Below are positions 36,785-45,773 of a DNA stretch of 52,283 bases, piece by piece; position 1 is the first letter of the stretch; every line of letters begins with the position of its first letter. The translations under genes were made by a program, and so were the position numbers. This DNA is from a virus. Its lineage: Duplodnaviria; Caudoviricetes. The notes below the pieces were generated by a model, which did no database searches, was not told the origin of the DNA, and saw nothing but the letters and a program-made list of their open reading frames with translations. The DNA lies in IMG/VR virus record IMGVR_UViG_3300020171_000039, positions 1 to 52,283 of that record. One strand, written 5' to 3'.

Positions 36785-37143
36785 CGTGTCCACGATTCCT
36801 TGGTTATCTTGTGGACATACAACGCTCGGAAGCCTTGGAGTCGTTGGATCTGAGTCTCTCGATCTTTGGAACCGAACCCCAAGTCCTGGAGGACCTTCTC
36901 GACATCTTCGAGCGTTGCTTCGAACTTGCCTGCTAGTGTCGTGATCGTGTACGTCCCTGTCATCCCTTCGCTGTACGGATCGTACACGAGCCTGATCAGA
37001 TCCTTGGGATCCACGCCTCGGAGCTTCGCAGCAGCACCTTGCTGGACGTCGTGCACAATCGCTGCCTGGAAGTCTTCTGCGACTGCTGTGTGACCGACTG
37101 TCACAGCGGACTCGTAGAACCTGTCCCAGTTCACAGGAGTCAT
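36781..37143 (-). CDS. Hypothetical protein
   Basis: ATGA-coupled ORF. Confidence 0.65.
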   Translation of the reverse strand: MTPVNWDRFYESAVTVGHTAVAEDFQAAIVHDVQQGAAAKLRGVDPKDLIRLVYDPYSEGMTGTYTITTLAGKFEATLEDVEKVLQDLGFGSKDRETQIQRLQGFRALYVHKITKESWTR

Positions 37144-37823
37144 GCGATCACGACGTTCTTGTGGGTCACGTCCGAAGCTCCGACCCAACGGAGCGGGACA
37201 CTCGAGTTCTGCCAGAAGTCTGCGGGTCTCATCTCTTGGATCTCGTGCTCGTTCCCTTGAGGATCCTTGAATCTGTCACCGATGTGAGGAGTGATTCCGA
37301 GATCAGTCAAGATCTTCGCAGACATGACCACGATCGCATCTCTGGCTCGATCGAATCCGTACTTCGTCAGTCGCTGTTCCGATGGATTGAGCATGACAAC
37401 GAACGGGAACGACGCGGTCTGGACAAAGGCTGGGGATGTCGCTGGGTCGTAGTGATGATCGTGGTAGTAGAACCTAAACGACAACCCTGTCAATGAACCC
37501 CAGGGCCAGACCCGGTCGACAACAACCGATCCTGTAGCTACAGAGATGACTTCGTAGTCACCGTTGTCTCTGACATCGGTCCCGTCTGCTGGTTCACGGA
37601 TCTGAAGGACCATCCCAGCCCTGGTGTTGGTCGTCGTGATCCCTGTGTCTGAGAAGGTCTTGGCAGCTGAAGCGGATGTGATCCCTGTGGTCCCTTCCCA
37701 CGGAGCTTGGACGACTTTCTGGTACAGTACCCGGGACGGACAATTCAGGCGATGATAGTCCTCGATCCTAGCCAGGTTGTACACAGCGTCCTGAGTATCT
37801 GTTCCGAAGGTCGGCTGGGCCAC
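37140..37823 (-). CDS. gp14: Neck / head closure protein (gp14-like) with one inserted beta module
   Basis: NPSEQRLTKYG...PHIGD motifs; neck-region position. Confidence 0.65.
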   Translation of the reverse strand: MAQPTFGTDTQDAVYNLARIEDYHRLNCPSRVLYQKVVQAPWEGTTGITSASAAKTFSDTGITTTNTRAGMVLQIREPADGTDVRDNGDYEVISVATGSVVVDRVWPWGSLTGLSFRFYYHDHHYDPATSPAFVQTASFPFVVMLNPSEQRLTKYGFDRARDAIVVMSAKILTDLGITPHIGDRFKDPQGNEHEIQEMRPADFWQNSSVPLRWVGASDVTHKNVVIA

Positions 37824-37832
37824 GACAGCTCC

Positions 37833-38840
37833 TTACTTCTTGAGGTTCTCGCGAATCCGCTCGGCATCGGTCTTCTTGGATTCAATCGTAGGTGCTGGAG
37901 TATTCAGAGCGGGAACCTCCGCAGGCATCTGCTCTGCAGTCCCGTACCACGCATACCCACTCAGCTCCGACCCGTCCTGACGAAGGTTGAACGACACCGG
38001 TCCCACGGTCTGCTTCAGCGTCGTCTCGTCAACCTTGGAAAGCTGGTCATCGGTCCCGTTCGACACGAGGTACAACTCGACCTTGTACAACTTCTCGGCA
38101 GGCACGACCCCTTCGGGAAGTACTGACACGAGCTGCTTGTACTCTTGAGTTCCTCGGAAGATCCGGGACGCAGACCAGGACGAGACATTGAGCTTGGCCT
38201 TGGGCGAGATCGCATCCGCCAGAGCTTGGCACACGTCTTCTTGCTGCTCACGGATGAGACGACGGGACTCGTTGATCTTGCGACCACGAGGCTTCTTGGA
38301 TTCGTTCTGCTCCCATCCCTCCTTGTAACCCCGGACGAACAGGTCGAGCTCGTTGAAGGCTACCTTGAGAGCCTCCTCAGGGCTGCGTCCTTCGGTCTCC
38401 ATCTCGTCATAGATCGCCTGGACGAAGGATCCCATCGCTTTGTCGAGGTCCTCCTCGGCATCCGATACCCGGAAGCCTTCGTTCTTGCGACGACCACGAG
38501 GCTTCTTCTTGGATTCGAAGTAGCCTCCGGTCTTCTCGGCATCGTCGACCTGCTCCCAGAACCCCTGGACGAAGGAGTCTAGCTCTGTACGAGCCGTCTT
38601 CAGCGCCTCTTCCCGGCTGAAATCTTGGTCGAGCAGCTCTTCGAGGACGGTGTCGAAGAACTCTGACATAGCCGAGTCAAGCTGCTCCTCGGCGGACATC
38701 CGGCTCTCGTTCTTACGACGACCACGACGAGGCTTCTTCTTGGATTCGACAAGCTTGGTGTTCACAGGGATCACAGTCTCTTGGTGGACCCGGGTCATCA
38801 GATCCATGAACTCGGCACCGACGTTGTTACGATCGTTCAT
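37833..38840 (-). CDS. Putative internal head protein with tandem repeats and ESKK linkers
   Basis: Two ~70-aa helical repeats; three ESKK(K)PR.R.K.NE linkers. Confidence 0.7.
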   Translation of the reverse strand: MNDRNNVGAEFMDLMTRVHQETVIPVNTKLVESKKKPRRGRRKNESRMSAEEQLDSAMSEFFDTVLEELLDQDFSREEALKTARTELDSFVQGFWEQVDDAEKTGGYFESKKKPRGRRKNEGFRVSDAEEDLDKAMGSFVQAIYDEMETEGRSPEEALKVAFNELDLFVRGYKEGWEQNESKKPRGRKINESRRLIREQQEDVCQALADAISPKAKLNVSSWSASRIFRGTQEYKQLVSVLPEGVVPAEKLYKVELYLVSNGTDDQLSKVDETTLKQTVGPVSFNLRQDGSELSGYAWYGTAEQMPAEVPALNTPAPTIESKKTDAERIRENLKK

Positions 38841-38841
38841 C

Positions 38842-39489
38842 TCAGTTCTCCGTTGTAGTATGTACCGAGTTCTCTCGATATAGCTTGCTCCGTCTGGTCT
38901 TGGTCTCTAGAGGAACGTACAAGATCAGAAGCTTCGTGATCGCCTGGGCCAAGGGCTTGAGGTTCCCGCCAGCGTCCATCACGTCTTGACCTTCTCTGGT
39001 CTTGCTCCATCGAACCGTGAAGGAGCCCTGGGGATTGGCTACGGTGTAGGCGTGTCCGGTCTGGTACAGCAGCACCTGGGCTCGGGTCTTCTTGAAGTTG
39101 ATCACGACCTTGGTCCCGGCTCTCCGTGTCGCCTCGGGCTTGGTCACCTCAAACTCGGCTACAGCCCCGTCTTCCCACGGATTCCCTTGGATCTCGCCAA
39201 CGACGTTGTAGTTGTCTTGACTCAAGAACATGACCCACTCGGCGACGGCGTCGAGGTAGCCCGAAGTAGGAAGTTCAATCGGTGGTTCGTGTACGACATC
39301 AGATCCGAAGATCTCAGCTTCTGACAAGATACTCAGAGCTTGTTCGAACCCAGACCCTTGGAAGTCTGAGCCCAGGTCCGAAGTCTCGGGAGATCTGAGC
39401 TGAGAAGCTCGCAGGAACGCTACCTGAGTATTCTCAGACCCGGTCTCGACCGGTTCGAACTTGGCGACAAGTATGGACAAGTCCGACAT
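38842..39489 (-). CDS. Hypothetical protein (MSDLSILVAKF...)
   Basis: ATG at 39489 overlaps the upstream TGA. Confidence 0.65.
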   Translation of the reverse strand: MSDLSILVAKFEPVETGSENTQVAFLRASQLRSPETSDLGSDFQGSGFEQALSILSEAEIFGSDVVHEPPIELPTSGYLDAVAEWVMFLSQDNYNVVGEIQGNPWEDGAVAEFEVTKPEATRRAGTKVVINFKKTRAQVLLYQTGHAYTVANPQGSFTVRWSKTREGQDVMDAGGNLKPLAQAITKLLILYVPLETKTRRSKLYRENSVHTTTEN

Positions 39490-40172
39490 CAATTGAACCA
39501 AACGTCGAACTCGCCGACTTCGTCCCCGGTCGAGATGTACAGGTTCAGCTGGAGGTTGAATGGAAGGAACGATCCCTTCTCGTCGGAGTAGTCGTACTTG
39601 TTGACTAACGAGGTCCACTTCCTGAGGACTACGACATCCTCGTCCGTGAACTTCTGCTTGTCCTTTCTCCGGACCGACACAGGAACATCGATCTCGACAT
39701 CGTAGTCATGGTCCCGGAGGTACTCGGGGTCGTCGACCTTGTCAGCGAAGCTCTCCCAGGCCACGTCGTAGTACTTCTCGATCTGATCCTTGAGATCCGT
39801 GTCCGAACCAGCCTCAGGTTCCCAGGAAGGCTCAGAGTCTTCGGGATCCTCTTCCTCAGGATCTTCCTTCGAAGCAGGCTCAGGGAACTGATCGAAGATA
39901 GTCTCAGACGCGTCGAGCAACACCTCTCCGGTCTCGTCGTTAATCACGTCCCACGGAGGCTTTGTATCCGCCGTCCACGTCTCCTTGGCCCAGGCTTCGA
40001 CCTCGTCAGCTCCAAGGTCGGTCTCGACAGACCCGCCGTACTTGTCGTTCCAGGTCATCCCTGGAAGCAGGTCGATTCCATCTGGGGTCTTAGCTTCGAC
40101 GAAGATCAGCTTGTTAGGCTCGGTCCTGAGCATCAGCCTCCTGAGATCGTCCTTGACAAACTGCATAGCCAT
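39489..40172 (-). CDS. Acidic hypothetical protein
   Basis: 227-aa ORF in the head-neck operon. Confidence 0.7.
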   Translation of the reverse strand: MAMQFVKDDLRRLMLRTEPNKLIFVEAKTPDGIDLLPGMTWNDKYGGSVETDLGADEVEAWAKETWTADTKPPWDVINDETGEVLLDASETIFDQFPEPASKEDPEEEDPEDSEPSWEPEAGSDTDLKDQIEKYYDVAWESFADKVDDPEYLRDHDYDVEIDVPVSVRRKDKQKFTDEDVVVLRKWTSLVNKYDYSDEKGSFLPFNLQLNLYISTGDEVGEFDVWFN

Positions 40173-40173
40173 A

Positions 40174-40878
40174 TCAGACCCTCATCGGTACGCCGAGGTC
40201 TCCGGTACGTGACCTCAGTTCATTAGTCAGCTCATTGATCTCGGAGATCGACTCGGACAGCAAAGCTTCGCCATCCATCCGGAACTCTCGCTCCGAGCCT
40301 TGGACGCTGTTGAACTTGGATCGCATCCGGCCCAGAGGATACTTGGCTTGTGACAACGAACACCTTAAGAACCAATCCTCGAAGTCTGCAGGGACCTGGG
40401 CGATGGTGCGATCGATAACGTAAGTGTAGGCAACGGTGTGGGACGTGACCGGGATCGGAGTGATGTACAACTTCGCAGACTCGAGATCGAACTCCCAAGC
40501 GAACTCAGCAGACAACACTCTCCGGGCCAGGTTCAGGTGTGCCATGTCCGATGCGAACGTCCCTACATCGATCGGTTGCTGAACCGTTGACCACGGGTTG
40601 AACACATCGTACTGAGCCAACGAAGGTCGGATCGTAGGAGCAGGGACGCAGTTGACCAACCCTTTGCCGTAGTCGGTCAGTACATAGACCTGCTGACCCG
40701 AGTTGAGTCCGAGAGACGCTGTCAGCCGTCTGGGATGGTATCGATTGAACAGTCTCAGGGCTTGGGCGATAGACTCGTCTAGCTGACCTGTCGTGAGCTC
40801 GACACGGACACCTTCGGTTGCATCCTGCCCGAGCATCCTTTGGATATGGAGTTTGACAGATGCTTCCGACAGTGCCAC
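40174..40878 (-). CDS. gp13: Neck / head-tail adaptor (T4 gp13-like)
   Basis: RMLG...VELT..QL...I..AL, LYITP.P and LGRMRSKF...MDGEAL motifs. Confidence 0.85.
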   Translation of the reverse strand: MALSEASVKLHIQRMLGQDATEGVRVELTTGQLDESIAQALRLFNRYHPRRLTASLGLNSGQQVYVLTDYGKGLVNCVPAPTIRPSLAQYDVFNPWSTVQQPIDVGTFASDMAHLNLARRVLSAEFAWEFDLESAKLYITPIPVTSHTVAYTYVIDRTIAQVPADFEDWFLRCSLSQAKYPLGRMRSKFNSVQGSEREFRMDGEALLSESISEINELTNELRSRTGDLGVPMRV

Positions 40879-40904
40879 TTAAGCTCCTTCAAGTCAGAGT
40901 CCTG

Positions 40905-40955
40905 CGATCCGTCAGCGGAGACCCCGGAAGTCGCCTCCCAGGGTCTCCTGGATCG
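40905..40955 (-). terminator. Bulged GC-rich hairpin directly after the major capsid gene (no U-tract)
   Basis: CGATCC/GGATCG and GGAGACCC/GGGTCTCC arms. Confidence 0.5.
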
Positions 40956-40956
40956 T

Positions 40957-42381
40957 CTAGGCCGTGATCGTCCCGGTGCAGTAGAACCCGCCGTCCACAG
41001 GCATCCGCCCGTACCGGCTCCAGGTCCCCTTGCGGACGAGGAAGTCGGTCAGGGTGATCGTGGGGGTCTGGGTGAACATCTGGTACGGAGCGTAGATGTA
41101 ACCCGTGTCCCACATGTTGTCACCCTTGTGGCCCATGAGGTACGTGTCGGTGTTGATGTAGCTGTCCTTGTAGACCGTCCACTGGTTGTTCAGCACGCCG
41201 ATCTTGTGGACGCCGCGACCCTTGATGGCTCCGCCGGTCCGCTTGAACCCGGGCAGAGTCTCGATGACGTTGCAGACCCCGACACCGGCCACGATCCACT
41301 CGGCCTCGGCGCGCTGGGTCGTGGAGTAGATCCGGTTCTGGGCCTGGACCAGGCTGTCGAGGAAGGAGAGCTTGTGCTCGGTGTACGAGACACCAGCACC
41401 CACGGTCCGGGACCACGCAGGCTGGACGTTGGTCGAGATCCGGAACAGATCGTTGATGATCTTGTGGTCGATCTCGTACTTCATCTCGCTGACCTGGGCG
41501 GCAACGAGCTCGACCTCGGCATCGAGACCGTGGACGATCTTGTAGTCGGTCTGGACATCCAGCGACCACTTGCTCACGATCCGGTCGGCCTGGGCCGTCA
41601 CCGGACGCGAGGTCAGGACCATGTCGGTCTCGGGCTGGAGGTACGTGCCCTCGTTGTCGTAGTCGTACGAGGCATCGATGGTCGCTGCGGCAGTGATGTT
41701 CGCGGAGAACGTCACGTCGTATGCGCCAGTGGAGTAGTTGATGGTGTTGTTCCCGCCTGCATTGACGTCACCGATCAACGCGCCTGCGCCATCGTCGGTG
41801 ACCAACAGACCGTCAGAGGTCACGATCTGGAGACGGCCTGCCAGAGCCGGGACCCAGGCCAGGTTGCCGGTGTACTGGGCAACCGCACCGGTGCCGACAT
41901 CGAGCTGCTCCGAGTCGATCTCCTTCGAGGTGAACGACGTCGAAGGATTCTCGATGATGTCACGACCAGCAACCGCTGTACCTTTGGTCACGCCGTACAG
42001 GAACTTCAGGAAGAAGACCAGCGACGTCGGACCCTGCATCGGCTGGGTCGAGACGAGCTCATGTGCGATCAGGTTCGGGAACACTGCCCGGACGATCGGG
42101 AACGCCCACCGGTCAAAGGACCCGACGTACTGGAGCCGCGTGGTCTCGTCCAGGGCGTCGTAGTACTCTTGCTGGTTGTGCATCATCAGAGCGGTCATGA
42201 GCCGGACTTTCTCGTCCTTGATGCCTTCGAGCATCTCGCCCATGGTGTACCGCACCGTGGTCTTGGATCCGCGGCGCTCGTACGCCTTCTCGAACAGGAT
42301 CCGGTCCTTGGCCTTGGCGAGCCCTTCCATCAGCCGGGTCGCGTCCTCCATCCCTTTGTTCACGCCTTCACGAATGATCAT
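40957..42381 (-). CDS. gp23: Major capsid protein (T4 gp23-like) with Ig-like insertion
   Basis: VFPNLIAHELVSTQPMQGPT, WS...QTD....HGLDAE.EL, EID..II, VYKD.Y and GYIYAPY motifs. Confidence 0.96.
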   Translation of the reverse strand: MIIREGVNKGMEDATRLMEGLAKAKDRILFEKAYERRGSKTTVRYTMGEMLEGIKDEKVRLMTALMMHNQQEYYDALDETTRLQYVGSFDRWAFPIVRAVFPNLIAHELVSTQPMQGPTSLVFFLKFLYGVTKGTAVAGRDIIENPSTSFTSKEIDSEQLDVGTGAVAQYTGNLAWVPALAGRLQIVTSDGLLVTDDGAGALIGDVNAGGNNTINYSTGAYDVTFSANITAAATIDASYDYDNEGTYLQPETDMVLTSRPVTAQADRIVSKWSLDVQTDYKIVHGLDAEVELVAAQVSEMKYEIDHKIINDLFRISTNVQPAWSRTVGAGVSYTEHKLSFLDSLVQAQNRIYSTTQRAEAEWIVAGVGVCNVIETLPGFKRTGGAIKGRGVHKIGVLNNQWTVYKDSYINTDTYLMGHKGDNMWDTGYIYAPYQMFTQTPTITLTDFLVRKGTWSRYGRMPVDGGFYCTGTITA

Positions 42382-42420
42382 CTTGTCCTCCTCGAAAGGA
42401 TGCTTGTTGGCTTCACCCGG

Positions 42421-44946
42421 CTACTTCACTACCGCTAGGAATCTAGCGAGTACGGGATCGGCGTCCTTGGTCTCATGGCGTCGTGGACGCCGGTCACGCT
42501 TCTTGGATTCATGAGCAGGCCCGTCGTCGAGGTCGATCATGTATCCGTTATTACGAGTGTACTCGAACTTCTTGATTCGGTATCCGAGCTGCTCCAAAGC
42601 CACCTCGATATCATCCGCCAGGTCTGAATCTTCCTCGACCTGGACGCCGATCTCAAGGATGTCACCGTTCCATTCGTACCCGATGGCGTCGGCGTTCTCG
42701 ATCTCGTACTTGTCCAGGATATCCTGGATCTTCATCGTAGCGGTATATTCGTTGACCTCAGCTTCGTTCTTGCGAGGCTTCCGAGTACGCTTCTTGGATT
42801 CGTCGTACCCAGGGTCCATCCACTTCCGGTAATCTCCGATCATCTCCTTGACGACAGGGAACTGGCGGAGGTGCGTCTCGATCTGGTCGACAGCGTTGGG
42901 ATTGATTGAGGACCACGCGTCTTCCTGGTCGAAGGTGTCAACCCAGCCCCGGACGAGCTGCTCGAACTGCTCCTGGACCGCTGCTCCGAGCTTGGTGTAC
43001 CCCTGACCGAACTGGAGAAGTTGCTCGATGTCCTCTTCCTCGTAGGCCTCCTTGAGCTTCTTCTCGGAGAGGCGTCCTCGAACCGTCGACTCCTTGACGG
43101 CCTTGGTCCACTTCTGGATCTTGGATTCGGGAAGGTCTAAGCCTCTCGCCTTGAACTCGTCCTGCATTCCTCCGAGAGCATTCCCAAGGCCATGCCGGTT
43201 AGGACCTGATTTCTCTGTCGAGAGCTTGATCTGAGTCTTATTGTACTCGGCCTTAAGATCTGTATCGGACAGATCCTTCCAAGGACGCTCGTCGACATCC
43301 GCAGGATCCGGACCTGCCGGAGGACGGAACCGAGCAGGAGGACTCCCAGAGGCCCACTCGTTGATCGCTGCGACAGCCTGCTGACGGGTCATGCTCTTGA
43401 AGTGCTCGGTCATCTGCCGGATCAACAGGCCCTTGAGCTGTCTCCGAGCCTTGGTCTTCGCCTCCTGGATGCCTGCGGTGGCCTTGTCGAGGAACTTGGA
43501 GTAGGCCTCGTACTCAGGCTCGTCGTCATGGATCGTCACTACCCCAGGGAACGTGATCCCGTACCGGCCAGCGTTGTCCAAGATCTCGACGACAAGCGAC
43601 TTGAGATTGCCTCGGACCTTCTGTGCCAAAGCCTCGTGGTTGGCAGAGAACCGATGACCGTAGAGGTACTGGTAGAGAGCTCCGAACATCGACTCGGCAG
43701 CTTCACCAGCGTACTCAGGAACAGACTTCGGTGCGACCTCGTTCACAGCCTCGGTCTCGACCAGCGTCGCCCACACACGCCTGACGTCCTTGAGAGTCTC
43801 GCACGCAGCGAGCATCTTCTTCGCCAGCTTCATGTGCGAAGGCTTGACCCGCTCGGTGACCTTGGAGATCAACGCCTGGCGCTTCGCAGCCTCTTTCTCG
43901 TCGAGGATCGCCTCGAACACCTGACGCAAGGCTCCGGCCTCGGTCTTGGACTTGCGCAGCTCTGCGATCTCGTGGACAGCTGCGGTCACGATCTTCTCAG
44001 CAGCCTCGGCCCGGGCTTCGGCATCGTCGTCGTACAGCTTGGTCACTGCGTCGTCCTTGGCTCCGCACTCAGGACACGCCATCGGACCACCCTCGGGCAG
44101 GCCCTTGCCACGCTTGAACTTCGCACCGCACTCAGAACACTTGTACGAACCCGAGTCCTTGGACATCACGAACTGCAGATCTTTCTGGACCGTGCCGAGG
44201 GTCTGCTCGATCCGACGAAGCTGGTCCTGCTGGGCTTGGGTGACGGGGTCGATCTCGTCAGCACGCTCGACAAGCTTCTGAGAAGCAGAAGCCACGAGAC
44301 CCCAGTCCGAGATCTCCCGGGCCAGGTCGACACACTTCTCCAACATCTGAGGCGACGTCGACACGGCTTCGACCAACTGCTTCAGGACGCTACCGGCCTG
44401 CTTCGATTCGATCGACTCGGACACACGTGAAGGGTACGCCCCAGGAGTCGAAGGGTTGATCACGAAGTCCCAGGTCTCGGCCTCGTAGTCATCCTGGACA
44501 CAGTCGGACCCGGACTCGTGCTTCACGGACCCGCGTCCTCTGGAGGAAGTGCCCAGGCGTACGCCTGCACGGAACATCGTCGCAGCGATCTGTCCGTGAG
44601 GGGTCTCGAGGATGTCGTAGGTAGCGTTGATCGTCCCGTCCGGAGCAAGGTCGACTTCGGTGACGATGTGCGACGTGAGCTCAGGACGCTCTTCGTCCTC
44701 GGGCTTGGGATGTCCGAGGTTGCCGACCATCTGACGAGAAGCTAACCGCTCCTTGAAGTCGACCGAACCAAGGACCTTCTCCCAGACCTTCCTGGGATAG
44801 ATCCGGTTGTTCTCGTTCTTGGTGTCACAGGCCTGGGACTTGCCAGCGACTCTCATCAACACACCGGACGGGAGTCGTGCCCGGTCTTCGGTGATGATCT
44901 CGTATTGCGTCGTAGGTCTGTAATAATCGATCAACATCTTGGTCAT
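42421..44946 (-). CDS. gp21: Prohead protease (gp21-like) fused to scaffold (gp22-like) and extra domains
   Basis: NENNRIYP, GNLGHP, LETPHG, LGTSSRGRGS and WDFVINPSTPGAYP motifs; long helical and charged C-terminal region; CxxC...CxxC zinc ribbon. Confidence 0.9.
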   Translation of the reverse strand: MTKMLIDYYRPTTQYEIITEDRARLPSGVLMRVAGKSQACDTKNENNRIYPRKVWEKVLGSVDFKERLASRQMVGNLGHPKPEDEERPELTSHIVTEVDLAPDGTINATYDILETPHGQIAATMFRAGVRLGTSSRGRGSVKHESGSDCVQDDYEAETWDFVINPSTPGAYPSRVSESIESKQAGSVLKQLVEAVSTSPQMLEKCVDLAREISDWGLVASASQKLVERADEIDPVTQAQQDQLRRIEQTLGTVQKDLQFVMSKDSGSYKCSECGAKFKRGKGLPEGGPMACPECGAKDDAVTKLYDDDAEARAEAAEKIVTAAVHEIAELRKSKTEAGALRQVFEAILDEKEAAKRQALISKVTERVKPSHMKLAKKMLAACETLKDVRRVWATLVETEAVNEVAPKSVPEYAGEAAESMFGALYQYLYGHRFSANHEALAQKVRGNLKSLVVEILDNAGRYGITFPGVVTIHDDEPEYEAYSKFLDKATAGIQEAKTKARRQLKGLLIRQMTEHFKSMTRQQAVAAINEWASGSPPARFRPPAGPDPADVDERPWKDLSDTDLKAEYNKTQIKLSTEKSGPNRHGLGNALGGMQDEFKARGLDLPESKIQKWTKAVKESTVRGRLSEKKLKEAYEEEDIEQLLQFGQGYTKLGAAVQEQFEQLVRGWVDTFDQEDAWSSINPNAVDQIETHLRQFPVVKEMIGDYRKWMDPGYDESKKRTRKPRKNEAEVNEYTATMKIQDILDKYEIENADAIGYEWNGDILEIGVQVEEDSDLADDIEVALEQLGYRIKKFEYTRNNGYMIDLDDGPAHESKKRDRRPRRHETKDADPVLARFLAVVK

Positions 44947-45773
44947 TTGAACGTCCTCCGTAGAAGCTCTCGTTCGTGATTGTCTACAGGCTCGTCAAGG
45001 AGCTGCTTCATGGTCACGCCGAGGTCTTCGTCGGATCCCCTCATTGCGTTGAACCGCGCTAGCTTCTTATAGAACGTCTTTCCCTTAGCGGAACGAGCGA
45101 ACTGTTGAATGCCCTTTTGTTGAGCAGCTTTGTTCTTCCTTGCGCTCTTCCTTGCAGCTGCTGACTTCGAGGCGTCGGGTCGTTCAGTGTCCCGTTTGTC
45201 CCGGTCTCGTTCGGGCTTGTCGATGTCTTCGTCGATTCTTGCAAGGAAGATATTCTTCGTGTTCGTTGACTCGAATTCAACAGGCCACCGAGGACGATAG
45301 GTCTTCTTGGCGAATGCAACAGTCCTGATCCTGTCGACAACGAACATCTTGATCGTGCTCTTGTTGTCGTCGTAACCGAAGAACACCACGGTCTTCTTCG
45401 GAGGCTTGTCGTATCCGTTGACGTGGATGTTCCTTACACGCAACGAATAAGGAAACACGGTCCTGTACACCTTGCGATCGTCGGTGACCTTGGGACGATA
45501 GAAGATCCGAACCGCCTTCCTTGATCTGGCTGCTCCTGCGATGAACTCGATGATCTCTTTCGATCGGCTGTTGAGGTAGCCCCAGACCGCTCTGGACTTC
45601 CCGATTGGACGACCTGGATCGACGGCTAGCAGATTCGAACGTTCCGGATCTGTGGTCATTGCTGTGTACTCAGCGAGGAACAGCTCTTCGATCAAAGCTT
45701 CTTCTACCCCGATCCCGATCTTCTCGCCAAGTCTCAGGCGCTGAGGGTATGTCAGTCTTGGTGTCTCAGCCAT
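44943..45773 (-). CDS. WYL-domain protein with basic prohead-core-like C-terminus
   Basis: IAGAA..RKAVRIFY...RTVFPYSL...FFGYD....IKMFVVDRI WYL pattern; directly upstream of the protease. Confidence 0.75.
   Translation of the reverse strand: MAETPRLTYPQRLRLGEKIGIGVEEALIEELFLAEYTAMTTDPERSNLLAVDPGRPIGKSRAVWGYLNSRSKEIIEFIAGAARSRKAVRIFYRPKVTDDRKVYRTVFPYSLRVRNIHVNGYDKPPKKTVVFFGYDDNKSTIKMFVVDRIRTVAFAKKTYRPRWPVEFESTNTKNIFLARIDEDIDKPERDRDKRDTERPDASKSAAARKSARKNKAAQQKGIQQFARSAKGKTFYKKLARFNAMRGSDEDLGVTMKQLLDEPVDNHERELLRRTFK

Noticed and set aside
37860-38760. CRISPR array or DGR template/variable repeats
   Set aside because: Repeats are in-frame coding linkers with irregular spacing; no cas or reverse transcriptase gene and no adenine-specific variation seen
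40840-42438. 532-aa plus-strand ORF, and similar ones at 43402..44430, 35589..36497, 32111..32938 and 27..695
   Set aside because: Antisense shadows of codon-biased minus-strand genes; no recognisable motifs
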